In this document: piece by piece, positions 29,418 through 39,577 of the stretch
How positions within the stretch are numbered: the first letter of the stretch is position 1
Layout of the letters: every line of letters begins with the position of its first letter
DNA from: Bacteroidales bacterium
GTDB taxonomy: Bacteria > Bacteroidota > Bacteroidia > Bacteroidales > VadinHA17
NCBI GenBank assembly: GCA_025358645.1
Contig: JANYIW010000100.1
Location: 2,938-66,937 of the forward strand
Reading direction: 5' to 3'
DNA: 64,000 nucleotides
Notes under the pieces: generated by a model
Told to the model about the DNA's origin: nothing
What the model saw: the letters and a program-made list of their open reading frames with translations, nothing else
Database searches by the model: none
Made by a program: the position numbers and the translations under genes

Positions 29418-30290
29418 ATGAAAACAAAATTTTTAATGATGATAACTGCCCTGGCAGTGCTTTCTTTCTCATCATGTAAGAAAGATTCTTCTTCATCCGT
29501 TATTGACCAGACAAGTCTGAACCTTGCAGATGATGATGCTGTAACCGATGTGGTTTTTGCGGATGTCTTCAGCACAGCTGATAATGCAACGATTATTCTT
29601 GACCAGATGGGAAAGAGTATAGATGCAAGATCATTAACCGTTAAGGGAGACTCGTGTCCAATTATCACGATCACACGTCCTGGTGCTGATCTCTGGCCAA
29701 AGATAGTTACTGTTGATTATGGGACATCCTGCACAGGAACAAACGACAATGTACGTTCGGGGAAGATCGTTATTGAAGTAACCGGTCCTCGTCTGCAGTC
29801 AGGATCTAAAAGGACTGTCACATTTGTAAACTATTTCTTTAATGGTATTAAAGTTGAGGGTACAAAAGTACTTGAGAACATGGGTTATAACAGTAATCAG
29901 AATCTTGTCATATCGGTTAAGTTGACAGATGGTAAACTAACACTTCCTGACGGAAAAACAATGGAACGAACAACTGACCATCAGAGGGAATGGATAGCCG
30001 GACTTCTTACCAAAAGCATCTGGGATGATGAATGGCTGATTACCGGGACTTCAACAGGCAAAAATATCGATGGAGTTGCCTATACCAACACTATCCTGAC
30101 AGCTTTGCACTCGACCCGTGCATGCAGATTTATTGTCAGCGGAGTAGTTAAAATTGAAAGAACCGGGAAGACTCCTGTTCTGCTGGATTATGGTACCGGT
30201 GATTGTGATGCCAAAGCTATTGTTACAAGAGATGGTGTATCAAAAGAGATACTTCTTAAGAACAAGCACCGCAGTATGTGGAACAGATAA
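29418..30290 (+). CDS. Lipoprotein of unknown function
   Basis: 290 aa with a lipobox (LSFSSC). Predicted to be beta-rich. No family recognised. Confidence 0.6.
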   Translation: MKTKFLMMITALAVLSFSSCKKDSSSSVIDQTSLNLADDDAVTDVVFADVFSTADNATIILDQMGKSIDARSLTVKGDSCPIITITRPGADLWPKIVTVDYGTSCTGTNDNVRSGKIVIEVTGPRLQSGSKRTVTFVNYFFNGIKVEGTKVLENMGYNSNQNLVISVKLTDGKLTLPDGKTMERTTDHQREWIAGLLTKSIWDDEWLITGTSTGKNIDGVAYTNTILTALHSTRACRFIVSGVVKIERTGKTPVLLDYGTGDCDAKAIVTRDGVSKEILLKNKHRSMWNR

Positions 30291-30302
30291 AAAAACTGTG
30301 AT

Positions 30303-30342
30303 AAAAAAAGCAGGGACGTCCATGCAACGTCCCTGCTTTTTT
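30303..30342. terminator. Bidirectional Rho-independent terminator between the convergent lipoprotein gene and clpX
   Basis: AAAAAAA-GCAGGGACG-(9-nt loop)-CGTCCCTGC-TTTTTT. Confidence 0.8.
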
Positions 30343-30366
30343 AATTTCCCTTTTATTTTAATCTCT

Positions 30367-31581
30367 TTACGATGCCTTCAGTACCTTAAGGTTTATTCTT
30401 TCTAGCTTCCGGTTCGCATAGTCAATTGTTATTTCAAGTTCATTGGTATCAACAGATGGCATTTCAAACATGGCATCGAGCATGATCGTTTCACAAATAG
30501 ATCTTAATCCGCGGGCTCCGAGTTTGAATTCAATTGCTTTATCAACAATGTAATCAAGAACACCTTCTCCAAAAGTGAGATCAATATTGTCCATTCGGAA
30601 AAGCTTAATATACTGCTTCACCAATGCGTTTTTGGGTTCCGTAAGTATTGCTCTTAGAGTTTCTTTGTCCAGAGGGTTGAGATGTGTAAGCACTGGCAAC
30701 CTTCCGATTATTTCAGGTATGAGTCCGAATGATCTTAAATCCTGTGGTGCTATATATTGAAGCAGATTGGTTTTATCCACTTTTTCACGGATTTTTGAAG
30801 CGCCAAAACCAACAATCTGAGTATTAAGGCGTTGTGCGATTTTTTTGTCAATACCTTCAAACGCTCCACCGCAGATAAAAAGAATATTTTTTGTATCTAC
30901 AGGGATCATTTTCTGTTCAGGATGTTTCCGTCCGCCTTGTGGCGGAACATTTACTATAGAGCCCTCAAGTAATTTCAGAAGACCCTGCTGAACGCCTTCT
31001 CCTGATACGTCGCGGGTTATGGAAGGATTGTCCCCTTTCCTTGCGATCTTGTCTATTTCGTCGATAAATACTATGCCCTTCTCTGCTGCTTTAACGTCAT
31101 AATCTGCGTTTTGCAGCAAACGGGTCAGCAGACTTTCAATATCTTCACCTACATAACCGGCCTCAGTCAATACTGTTGCGTCAACAATTGTAAATGGAAC
31201 ATGTAGCATTTTGGCAACAGTTCTGGCAAGAAGAGTCTTCCCCGTACCTGTCTCACCAACGAGAATAATGTTTGATTTTTCAATTTCAATATCGTCAGCA
31301 TCAAGTTTTTGCATTAACCTTTTGTAATGGTTGTATACGGCTACAGAGATTATCTTTTTTGCCATATCCTGACCAATTACATACTGGTCGAGAAATTTCT
31401 TAATTTCTGTTGGCTTAAGAAGATTGATAGTATCAAATGGTAGATTCTTTTTACTGCCCAGTTCTTCGTTCAGGATGCTGTGAGCCTGTTCAATACAGTG
31501 GTCACAAATATGGCCCTCGAGACCTGCAATAAGCATGTTGGCCTCTTTCTTGGTTCTGCCGCAAAATGAACATTTATCCAT
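30367..31581 (-). CDS. clpX: ATP-dependent Clp protease ATP-binding subunit ClpX
   Basis: 404 aa with a zinc finger (CSFCG...CDHC) and Walker [12 protein letters not shown]. Confidence 0.97.
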   Translation of the reverse strand: MDKCSFCGRTKKEANMLIAGLEGHICDHCIEQAHSILNEELGSKKNLPFDTINLLKPTEIKKFLDQYVIGQDMAKKIISVAVYNHYKRLMQKLDADDIEIEKSNIILVGETGTGKTLLARTVAKMLHVPFTIVDATVLTEAGYVGEDIESLLTRLLQNADYDVKAAEKGIVFIDEIDKIARKGDNPSITRDVSGEGVQQGLLKLLEGSIVNVPPQGGRKHPEQKMIPVDTKNILFICGGAFEGIDKKIAQRLNTQIVGFGASKIREKVDKTNLLQYIAPQDLRSFGLIPEIIGRLPVLTHLNPLDKETLRAILTEPKNALVKQYIKLFRMDNIDLTFGEGVLDYIVDKAIEFKLGARGLRSICETIMLDAMFEMPSVDTNELEITIDYANRKLERINLKVLKAS

Positions 31582-31587
31582 TTTAAA

Positions 31588-32265
31588 CTATTTTTGATTT
31601 TTCTGCAAGATCTCATCGATCATCCCATAATCTTTGGCCTCCTGGGATGTCATCCAATAGTCTCTGTCAGAATCTTTTTCAACTTTTTCAACTGAATTTC
31701 CGGTATGAAGTGCAATTATCTCGTAAAGTTCTCTCTTAAGTTTTACGATTTCGCGAACTGTAATTTCTATATCTGAAGCCACTCCTTCTGCACCACCCAT
31801 AGGTTGATGTATCATTATTCTTGAATGTTTAAGAGCAGATCTTTTTCCTTTTTTGCCGGCAGTAAGAAGAATAGCGCCCATTGAAGCAGCCATCCCGGTA
31901 CAAATAGTGGCAATGTCGGCAGAAATATACTGCATTGTATCGTATATCCCCAAACCTGCATTTACTGATCCTCCAGGAGTATTGAAATAGATCTGAATAT
32001 CTTTTCCCGGATCAGATGAATCGAGATAAAGTAACTGTGCCTGTATAATATTAGCTACATAGTCATCAATGGGTAATCCGAGAAAAATTATCCTGTCCAT
32101 CATCAGACGTGAAAAGACGTCCATTGATGCAATATTTAATTGTCTCTCTTCAATAATAGTCGGGGAGATATAGCTTCCAAAAACGGAGGCGTACTTGTGC
32201 AGACTCAGACTACTGACTCCGCGTTTGCTTTTAGCATACTTTCCAAAATCGTCAAGAATACTCAT
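31588..32265 (-). CDS. clpP: ATP-dependent Clp protease proteolytic subunit ClpP
   Basis: 225 aa with the catalytic blocks GMAASMGA and IMIHQP. Confidence 0.95.
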   Translation of the reverse strand: MSILDDFGKYAKSKRGVSSLSLHKYASVFGSYISPTIIEERQLNIASMDVFSRLMMDRIIFLGLPIDDYVANIIQAQLLYLDSSDPGKDIQIYFNTPGGSVNAGLGIYDTMQYISADIATICTGMAASMGAILLTAGKKGKRSALKHSRIMIHQPMGGAEGVASDIEITVREIVKLKRELYEIIALHTGNSVEKVEKDSDRDYWMTSQEAKDYGMIDEILQKNQK

Positions 32266-32290
32266 ATATTTAGCATTAAAAATTAACAGG

Positions 32291-32298
32291 CAAAGATA
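32291..32298 (-). promoter_or_regulatory. -7 promoter box upstream of clpP
   Basis: Minus strand reads TATCTTTG, ending 25 nt before the clpP ATG. Confidence 0.4.
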
Positions 32299-32331
32299 AT
32301 AAAATAAAAATAAATCATAGCAAGATGTTGA

Positions 32332-33684
32332 TCACGACTCAAAAAGCTTATTAAATTCTTCAACTGTAACATCCTTGTTTTCAAGCATTACCAGTTCCTT
32401 CATAAGAACAATAACCTTCTCCTCAAGGATCTTATCGGTTATCCTTTTTGCATCTTCTTCTCTTTTAAGAGACTCCATTGCATATTTAGCAATTTGTTCA
32501 TCAGTAGCATAGAACAAGCCATATTGCTGGAACTGATGTCTGGTTATATTTTCCGACTCTTTCTGTAATTCTTCCTCACTGATTTTTACTTCATTGTCGC
32601 GTGCAACTTTGTTTCTTACCAGTTGCCATTTAAGGTCTTTTCTGAAACTGTCGAATTCTTTATCAATTTGTTCAACGGTGGCTTTTTCATTGACCCTGAG
32701 CAGCCATCTTTTCAGGAACTCTTCAGGGAGTTGAAAATCGGTTTTTTCCATTGCCAGGCTTTTAATATCCATCATGAGTTTAAAGTCGCTCTCACGTTTC
32801 AGATTAACTGCGATCTCCTCCTCAATCTTTTTCATGAATTCCGCTTCCGTGTTCACGACACCTTCACCAAAGATCTTGTCGAAAAGTTCTTTTCCCAGTT
32901 TTGCCGGATGAAACCGGCTTATTTCATTTATTGTAAATCTGAAATTTCCCTCCAGATCCTCAACCTCTTCCTTCTTCTTATGTAATATCCCTGCTATTTC
33001 AGTATTGTTTGGGTATGCTTTCTTCAGATCAAAGTCAATTGAATCGCCAATATTTTTACCTATAAACGCTTTTTTTATTTTCTTATCTTTGATTATATCG
33101 ATACCGAGCGAAGTATCTTCAACGGCATGACCTTCAGGTACCGCGTTGCCATTAATATCAATTGCTTCAATTTTTCCTTTTATTACATCTTTCTCTTCAG
33201 TCAGTTCAGCTTTATTTAATTCACCATACCGGCGGGTATAATTATCGAGATAATCGTTCCTCATCTTTTCATCGATGATTATCTCATACTGATTAACTTT
33301 ATTTTTTTTCGAAAGCTTAAGTTCAACCGGTGGAGTAAGTCCGACTTCAAATGAAAAAGTAAAGTCTTCCTGGGTATCGAAATCAATTATTTCCTTTTCA
33401 TCTGCTTTTGGAAGCGGATCACCAAGAATTTCAAGTTTCTCATCAGCAAGGTATTTCTGAATATTATCTGTAACAACCTTATTAATTTCATCAATCTGAA
33501 CAGCTCTGCCGTACATTTTTTTTATAAGTCCAATGGGAACCATTCCCGGACGGAATCCTTTTATTGTTGCTTTTTTCCTGTAATCCTTTAATACTGTTTC
33601 AACCTTATCCTGATAATCGGATTTCCCGATCTTAACCTTTAAAACAGCATTCAGATCATCGATGTTTTCTCTGGTAATATTCAT
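32332..33684 (-). CDS. tig: Trigger factor
   Basis: 450 aa with the block GFRPGMVP. Canonical tig-clpP-clpX order. Confidence 0.9.
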   Translation of the reverse strand: MNITRENIDDLNAVLKVKIGKSDYQDKVETVLKDYRKKATIKGFRPGMVPIGLIKKMYGRAVQIDEINKVVTDNIQKYLADEKLEILGDPLPKADEKEIIDFDTQEDFTFSFEVGLTPPVELKLSKKNKVNQYEIIIDEKMRNDYLDNYTRRYGELNKAELTEEKDVIKGKIEAIDINGNAVPEGHAVEDTSLGIDIIKDKKIKKAFIGKNIGDSIDFDLKKAYPNNTEIAGILHKKKEEVEDLEGNFRFTINEISRFHPAKLGKELFDKIFGEGVVNTEAEFMKKIEEEIAVNLKRESDFKLMMDIKSLAMEKTDFQLPEEFLKRWLLRVNEKATVEQIDKEFDSFRKDLKWQLVRNKVARDNEVKISEEELQKESENITRHQFQQYGLFYATDEQIAKYAMESLKREEDAKRITDKILEEKVIVLMKELVMLENKDVTVEEFNKLFES

Positions 33685-33709
33685 TTTAATTGTTGTTTAT
33701 TGCCTAGTT

Positions 33710-33751
33710 AAAAAAACCGCCATAACTCACTTTTAGAGAGGTTACGGGCGG
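33710..33751 (-). terminator. Rho-independent terminator after tRNA-Leu
   Basis: Minus strand reads CCGCCCGTAAC...GTTATGGCGG followed by TTTTTTT. The T-tract ends about 25 nt upstream of the tig ATG. Confidence 0.65.
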
Positions 33752-33764
33752 CTTGACATTTTTG

Positions 33765-33847
33765 TGCGGATGAAGGGACTCGAACCCCCACGTCACGAAG
33801 ACACAAGATCCTAAGTCTTGCTCGGCTACCAATTACGACACATCCGC
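33765..33847 (-). tRNA. tRNA-Leu (anticodon TAG)
   Basis: Minus strand reads GCGGATGTGTCGTAATTGGTAGCCGAGCAAGACTTAGGATCTTGTGTCTTCGTGACGTGGGGGTTCGAGTCCCTTCATCCGCA. It has a 7-bp acceptor stem, anticodon stem CAAGA/TCTTG with loop CTTAGGA, a long variable arm and T-loop TTCGAGT. CCA is not encoded. Confidence 0.85.
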
Positions 33848-33861
33848 GATAAAATTCCACG

Positions 33862-33869
33862 CAAAAGTA
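33862..33869 (-). promoter_or_regulatory. -7 promoter box for tRNA-Leu
   Basis: Minus strand reads TACTTTTG, ending 14 nt upstream of the mature tRNA 5' end. Confidence 0.45.
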
Positions 33870-33901
33870 TAATAATTTATTATGAAAACAAATTGATTCT
33901 G

Positions 33902-34627
33902 TTACCTGCGAAGTTCAAAGTTCTTTCCGAGATAGACTTTTCTTACATGCTCATCATCTGCCAATTGAGCAGATGTGCCTGATTTAAGTATGCGTCCCTC
34001 GAAAAGAAGGTAGGCCCGATCGGTAATTGAAAGTGTCTCATGAACGTTATGATCGGTAATAAGAATTCCTATATTTTTATCCCTGAGTTTTGAAACAATC
34101 TCCTGAATATCCTCTACAGCAATAGGATCGACTCCTGCAAAGGGTTCGTCGAGTAAAATAAATTTCGGTTTAAGCGCAAGAGCCCGGGCAATTTCAGTGC
34201 GTCTTCTTTCTCCGCCGGAAAGCTGGATCCCTTTACTTGCCCTTATTTTTTGCAATCCGAATTCACTCAGAAGAGTTTCGAGTCTTTCTTCTTGCTCCAG
34301 TTTGGGAAAGCCTGACATTTCAAGTACTGCCTTAATGTTGTCTTCAACTGACATAGTCCTGAATACTGAGGGTTCCTGTGCAAGATAACCGATACCTTTT
34401 CTAGCCCGTTTATAAACCGGAAGGGTTGTTATTTCCTCCTGATCAAGAAATATTTTCCCTTCTCTCGGTCGTATTAAACCAACAATCATGTAAAAAGTTG
34501 TAGTCTTGCCGGCTCCGTTTGGCCCGAGTAATCCGACTATTTCACCCTGTTCAACTTCAACAGAAACATGGTCAACAACTGTCCTGTTGCGATATTTTTT
34601 TACAAGATTTTCAGTGTGCAGTTTCAT
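33902..34627 (-). CDS. lptB: LPS export ABC transporter ATP-binding protein LptB
   Basis: 241 aa with [17 protein letters not shown] and [11 protein letters not shown]. Confidence 0.85.
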   Translation of the reverse strand: MKLHTENLVKKYRNRTVVDHVSVEVEQGEIVGLLGPNGAGKTTTFYMIVGLIRPREGKIFLDQEEITTLPVYKRARKGIGYLAQEPSVFRTMSVEDNIKAVLEMSGFPKLEQEERLETLLSEFGLQKIRASKGIQLSGGERRRTEIARALALKPKFILLDEPFAGVDPIAVEDIQEIVSKLRDKNIGILITDHNVHETLSITDRAYLLFEGRILKSGTSAQLADDEHVRKVYLGKNFELRR

Positions 34628-34635
34628 TTAAAATA

Positions 34636-35508
34636 CTATGTTGTTACCGTTTCGGTTTTTTTATCCTCATCAAAGAATTCAGCGCGATCTTTTTCTTTTT
34701 GCTTCATGACCCTGGACGAAATTAAAATACTTACCTCGTATAGAATAAGTAATGGAATAGCGACAAGTGTCTGGGAAAAGACATCAGGGGGAGTTATTAT
34801 TGCAGCAATTATAAAGATAACCACGATCGCATGTTTCCTGTATTTCCTCATGAAGGTTGGTGTAATAATACCTATTTTCGTGAGGAAGAAAGCTATTATC
34901 GGCAGCTCAAAAACTAATCCAGTAGCAAGACATACGGATGTGAGAGTACCAATATATGACCTTATATTGATCTGATTCACAACCTGAGGATCAACTTCAT
35001 AAGAGCTGAGAAAATGTATTGAAAGTGGAGCAAGCATAAAATATCCGAAGAGAACCCCGATAAAAAATAACATTGAAGCTGCGACTACAGCACCTCTTGC
35101 ATATCGTGCTTCGTTAGGTTTGAGGGCTGGTTTAAAAAATTGCCAGAACTCCCAGAGTATAACCGGAAATGCAAGAATCAGTCCGGCAACCATGGCCGCA
35201 GTTATGTGAGTTGTAATCTGTCCCGACATTTTTATGCTGATGAGATTTAATGGTTTGGTATTAATACATAATGCGGTGGTTTTAAGATATTCCCCAAGCT
35301 CGCAAAGTAATCGATTGGTAATAAACCCGGGGTTTTTGGGGCCAAGAATTATCGTATTGAAAAGAATGTTTTTAAATATAAAAGCTATGATCATAAAGAA
35401 TACTATAGCTAAAATAGAACGGATAATGTGCCATCTTAATTCCTCGAGATGTTGAAGGAATGACATTTCCATTTCTCCCTTCTTCCTTTTTCCCCCAAAT
35501 ATTGCCAT
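34636..35508 (-). CDS. tatC: Twin-arginine translocase subunit TatC
   Basis: 290 aa with six TM segments and the N-terminal block SFLQHLEELRWH. The true start may be Met13 or Met15. No tatA is adjacent. Confidence 0.85.
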   Translation of the reverse strand: MAIFGGKRKKGEMEMSFLQHLEELRWHIIRSILAIVFFMIIAFIFKNILFNTIILGPKNPGFITNRLLCELGEYLKTTALCINTKPLNLISIKMSGQITTHITAAMVAGLILAFPVILWEFWQFFKPALKPNEARYARGAVVAASMLFFIGVLFGYFMLAPLSIHFLSSYEVDPQVVNQINIRSYIGTLTSVCLATGLVFELPIIAFFLTKIGIITPTFMRKYRKHAIVVIFIIAAIITPPDVFSQTLVAIPLLILYEVSILISSRVMKQKEKDRAEFFDEDKKTETVTT

Positions 35509-35837
35509 TGAAACCTATAATTGATTAGTATAAAATACAGCCTGTAAAGATGATAAATCTTCTTTTGCAAAACAATAATAATCTTTTAGCGTTATGGAAG
35601 TTGAAAACCATCATGAAAACTGTTGGGGTACTGATTGTTGTACATCAGGGAAATCAATTTATAAGTAAAAATGCCGGATTAAGCTGGTATATTCAGATAC
35701 ATTGAATCATATAACTCAAGATCATTTTTGTTAATTAATTATTAAAAATATTATTTGATTAAGAAATTTATTAACTTTATATAAACTGGAAAGCAAAATT
35801 CTTTGCAGTTGGTAAATAATTTCATTCGGGGAAGGAA

Positions 35838-38018
35838 ATGTTGAACGATTCTACTATACAGGACTACTTGAAGAAGTATTTTGGTTTTAATACTTTTAAA
35901 GGTAATCAGGAGCCTATAATAAGGAATGTCTTATCAGGGCACGATACTTTTGTACTTATGCCTACAGGAGGTGGTAAGTCGCTCTGTTATCAGTTGCCGG
36001 CAGTTATGAAGAAGGGGACCGCAATCGTAATCTCTCCATTGATTGCACTTATGAAAAATCAGGTTGATGCTATGAGGAACTTCAGCACTGACGACGATGT
36101 TGCACATTTCCTTAATTCATCACTTACCAAGACTGAGATAGCAAGGGTAAAAAAAGATGTTTTGTCAGGAAAGGCGAAACTTCTGTATGTTGCTCCCGAA
36201 TCACTTACCAAAGAGGAGAATATTGAGTTTCTTAAAAACATAGATATTTCCTTTTATGCTATTGACGAAGCTCATTGTATTTCAGAGTGGGGCCACGATT
36301 TCAGACCTGAATACAGGAGAATAAGACCTATAATTGACATGATTGGCAGATCACCAATTATAGCCCTGACAGCAACAGCTACGCCAAAAGTACAGCACGA
36401 TATTCTGAAGAACCTTAATATTCTTGATGCAGAGGTCTTTAAATCATCTTTTAACAGGCCTAACCTTTATTATGAAGTAAAATCCAAACAGGATGTAACA
36501 AAGGAGATCATTAAATATATTAAGAATAATGCCGGAAAATCCGGAATTATTTATTGTCTTAGTCGCAAAAAGGTAGAGGAGATAGCTGAAGTCCTCAAGG
36601 TAAACGGAATTAAATCTCTGCCATACCACGCCGGTATGGATTCGGCAACGCGTACGTTGAACCAGGACAAGTTCCTTATGGAGGAGGCAGATATTATTGT
36701 AGCTACAATTGCATTTGGAATGGGGATCGATAAACCTGACGTGAGGTTCGTAATTCATTATGATATACCCAAAAGCCTGGAAGGGTATTACCAGGAGACA
36801 GGTCGGGCCGGACGTGATGGCGGTGAAGGAAACTGTATAGCTTATTATAGTTACAATGATATTCTGAAACTTGAGAAATTCATGCAAGGAAAACCGATTG
36901 CTGAGCAGGAGATAGGGAAACAACTCCTTCTTGAAACAGTCTCCTATGCTGAATCCTCTGTATGCAGAAGGAAACTATTACTGCATTATTTTGGTGAAGA
37001 GTATCTGAATGAAAACTGTGAAGCCTGCGATAACTGTCTCCATCCTAAATCGCAGTTTGAGGGAAATGAAGCGGTTGTGAGTGTTCTGGAGACTATTCTG
37101 GCCGTAAAAGAGAAATTTAAAGCAGATCATATTGCTAATATACTCTCAGGGAAAGTTACATCAGCAATAAAATCTTATAAGCATAATAAAATTGAGTTTT
37201 TTGGCATTGGGGAAGATAAGGATGAAAAATTCTGGAATATGGTCATCAGGCAGGCCCTCATCGCCAAATTCCTTACCAAAGATATTGAGAATTATGGGCT
37301 TCTCAAACTGACAGCAAAAGGAATGGAGTTTCTGGAAAAGCCTACTTCATTCATGCTTGCAGAGGATCATGATTATGCTGATACAACTGATGAAGAAAAT
37401 GCCTTTGGAGCCAGAACAGCAGTGGTTGATGAGGAGTTATTCAGTATCCTCAGGGATCTGCGTAAGAAACTTTCGAAACAAAAAGAGGTCCCGCCGTTTG
37501 TGATTTTTCAGGATCCTTCTCTGGAAGATATGGCTATTCAATACCCGATAACTATTGATGAACTTCAGAATATATCCGGTGTAGGAGCAGGAAAAGCGCA
37601 ACGCTATGGAGAGGAATTCGTAGAGATAATCAAAAAATATGTTGAGGAAAAAGAGATTATCAGACCTCTGGATATGGTTGTTAAATCGGTCGTCAATAAA
37701 TCTGGAATGAAAGTCTATATCATCCAGAGTATTGATATGAAAAGGCCCCTGGAAGATATTGCTGAAGCTAAAGGGCTGGAAATGTCAGAACTTATTTCAG
37801 ATATTGAGGCTATAGTAAATTCAGGAACCCGGATAAACCTCGATTATTATATAAATACTACTATTGATGAGGAACGTCAGCACGATATTTATTCATATTT
37901 CAGGGAAGAGGCTGAATCTGATTCACTTGATGCTGCAATTAAAGAACTGGGCAACGAATTTGAAGAAGAAGAGATCAGGCTGATGAGAATTAAATTTCTT
38001 TCGGAAATGGGGAATTAA
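35838..38018 (+). CDS. recQ: ATP-dependent DNA helicase RecQ
   Basis: 726 aa with PTGGGKSLCYQLP, DEAHCISEWGHDFRPEY, a Cys-rich zinc-binding region and a C-terminal HRDC-like region. Confidence 0.95.
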   Translation: MLNDSTIQDYLKKYFGFNTFKGNQEPIIRNVLSGHDTFVLMPTGGGKSLCYQLPAVMKKGTAIVISPLIALMKNQVDAMRNFSTDDDVAHFLNSSLTKTEIARVKKDVLSGKAKLLYVAPESLTKEENIEFLKNIDISFYAIDEAHCISEWGHDFRPEYRRIRPIIDMIGRSPIIALTATATPKVQHDILKNLNILDAEVFKSSFNRPNLYYEVKSKQDVTKEIIKYIKNNAGKSGIIYCLSRKKVEEIAEVLKVNGIKSLPYHAGMDSATRTLNQDKFLMEEADIIVATIAFGMGIDKPDVRFVIHYDIPKSLEGYYQETGRAGRDGGEGNCIAYYSYNDILKLEKFMQGKPIAEQEIGKQLLLETVSYAESSVCRRKLLLHYFGEEYLNENCEACDNCLHPKSQFEGNEAVVSVLETILAVKEKFKADHIANILSGKVTSAIKSYKHNKIEFFGIGEDKDEKFWNMVIRQALIAKFLTKDIENYGLLKLTAKGMEFLEKPTSFMLAEDHDYADTTDEENAFGARTAVVDEELFSILRDLRKKLSKQKEVPPFVIFQDPSLEDMAIQYPITIDELQNISGVGAGKAQRYGEEFVEIIKKYVEEKEIIRPLDMVVKSVVNKSGMKVYIIQSIDMKRPLEDIAEAKGLEMSELISDIEAIVNSGTRINLDYYINTTIDEERQHDIYSYFREEAESDSLDAAIKELGNEFEEEEIRLMRIKFLSEMGN

Positions 38019-39102
38019 TATTCTTCTTCTCAGGAAATATAAATGTGCAGAGTACTACCGAGAGAACATAAAAAGGATATATAATCTGAACCGGCAAAAA
38101 ATACTTCATAAGGTCTCTTTTACCATATCTTCCTGAGGTATTCATCAGGATTAAAAAATCCGGAACTGATTTTAAAATTAAAATTGTCAGGAAGACCAGG
38201 ATTAAATGCGGATTAATTATTGAGGTGAAAAGATAAGCTATCTGTAAAATGATTGTAACATACGTTACAATTCCCAGGGCAATTGTATAAGTGTCATTAT
38301 AGGTTTTCCCTTTTGAAATCCACCTGCTTCTCTGTTTCAGGAATGATCTGAATGTTGGAGATGATTCTGTTGTTATCATTGCATCAGGCGATTCGAGCCA
38401 TAATATTTTTGACCGGGTTCCTTTTTTCAGACTTTGCAATAAAAAAATATCATCACCCGAGTTTATTTCATCATGCAGATTTTCTGAATGATGAAAATAA
38501 ACTTCTCTGGGAAAGGCGAGATTTGCACCGTTGCACATAACAGGTTCTCCCAAAAGTGCGGACCCCGCGGTAATTCCCTGCAGACTCATAAACTCGAGTT
38601 CCTGAAATCTTCCGAATAGTCCCGGGACTGATTCTATCCTGACAGGAGAAATAATCATATCCGGTTTATTCAATTCATAAAATGCTGCAATTGTTCTGAT
38701 CCAGTTTTTTCCCATCCTGCAGTCTGCATCTGTTGTGATAATCAGACTGCCTTTTGCTGCTATTATTCCGGTTCTGAGAGCCTGTTTTTTTCCTTCTCCT
38801 ATATTATTTAAGGTCAGAATATTTCTAATCCCTTTAAAAGATGAAACCGTTTCAACGGTATTGTCTGTGGACTTATCATTAACAATTATGACCTCAAATA
38901 AATAGTCCGGATAATTCTGGCGGGCAATACTCACTAAAAAAGATGGGAGGTGTTTCTGCTCGTTGCGGCATGCAATAACCAACGAAACAAATGTTACAGG
39001 ATCGGTTAAAGTATTGAAGGAATCAATTTTGAGCAGACTTCTGTAAAGCTTAAGAAGGATAATAAAATAAGGAAGAATCAGTATAGCAGGTAGCCAATAC
39101 AT
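37990..39102 (-). CDS. Membrane-bound family 2 glycosyltransferase (processive type)
   Basis: 370 aa with N- and C-terminal TM segments, the TDADC (DxD) motif and the QRSRW (QxxRW) motif. Its 3' end overlaps the recQ 3' end by 29 nt. Confidence 0.75.
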   Translation of the reverse strand: MYWLPAILILPYFIILLKLYRSLLKIDSFNTLTDPVTFVSLVIACRNEQKHLPSFLVSIARQNYPDYLFEVIIVNDKSTDNTVETVSSFKGIRNILTLNNIGEGKKQALRTGIIAAKGSLIITTDADCRMGKNWIRTIAAFYELNKPDMIISPVRIESVPGLFGRFQELEFMSLQGITAGSALLGEPVMCNGANLAFPREVYFHHSENLHDEINSGDDIFLLQSLKKGTRSKILWLESPDAMITTESSPTFRSFLKQRSRWISKGKTYNDTYTIALGIVTYVTIILQIAYLFTSIINPHLILVFLTILILKSVPDFLILMNTSGRYGKRDLMKYFLPVQIIYPFYVLSVVLCTFIFPEKKNINSPFPKEI

Positions 39103-39105
39103 AAC

Positions 39106-39555
39106 TTATTCTTTCATCCATTCATACATTTTATAATGCAAGCTCTTCATCCCAAGAGCCTCATAAGTGTGTTGTGCTTTTAAATTATTCGTCTCAACAT
39201 AAAGACGAAGCCCACCAATATTATGGTCATCAGCTTCATTTTTTATATGCTGGTACATTGCCCTGAAAATACCCGTTCTCCTGAATTCCGGCAAAACATA
39301 AACTGACTGAAACCACCAGACATTACAGTTTCGCCAATCGCTCCATTCATAAGTTATAAGCAATGACGCTGCTATGATACCGTTATCTTCAGCAACCCAA
39401 TATTGTCCGCGGAAGGAATCATCGAAAACAGCTTTAACCCCTTTAATAATTACTTCCCCGACAAGAGTCATTTGTTCTGTTTCCCAGGCCATTTTCCGCT
39501 GGAAATCAATGATTACTGATGCATCTTCGGGTGTTGCTTTACGGATGGTTATCAT
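39106..39555 (-). CDS. GNAT-family N-acetyltransferase
   Basis: 149 aa with the acyl-CoA binding block VLPEFRRTGIFRAMY. Lies directly downstream of carB. Confidence 0.75.
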   Translation of the reverse strand: MITIRKATPEDASVIIDFQRKMAWETEQMTLVGEVIIKGVKAVFDDSFRGQYWVAEDNGIIAASLLITYEWSDWRNCNVWWFQSVYVLPEFRRTGIFRAMYQHIKNEADDHNIGGLRLYVETNNLKAQHTYEALGMKSLHYKMYEWMKE

Positions 39556-39577
39556 AATATCTGATTGTCTTTTGTCT

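Noticed and set aside
35594-35705. Two overlapping small ORFs in the tatC/recQ intergenic region: a 24-aa Cys-rich peptide (MEVENHHENCWGTDCCTSGKSIYK, 35594-35668) and a 30-aa peptide (MKTVGVLIVVHQGNQFISKNAGLSWYIQIH, 35613-35705).
   Set aside because: I considered a ribosomally synthesized and post-translationally modified peptide (RiPP) precursor or a small membrane protein. There is no adjacent modification or transport gene and no promoter box. The two ORFs are mutually exclusive frames of the same short stretch, so chance ORFs are likelier.
35509-35837. Looked for tatA upstream of tatC.
   Set aside because: No minus-strand ORF has the TatA pattern of a short TM helix followed by an amphipathic Gly/Lys-rich helix. 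tatA is presumably elsewhere in the genome.
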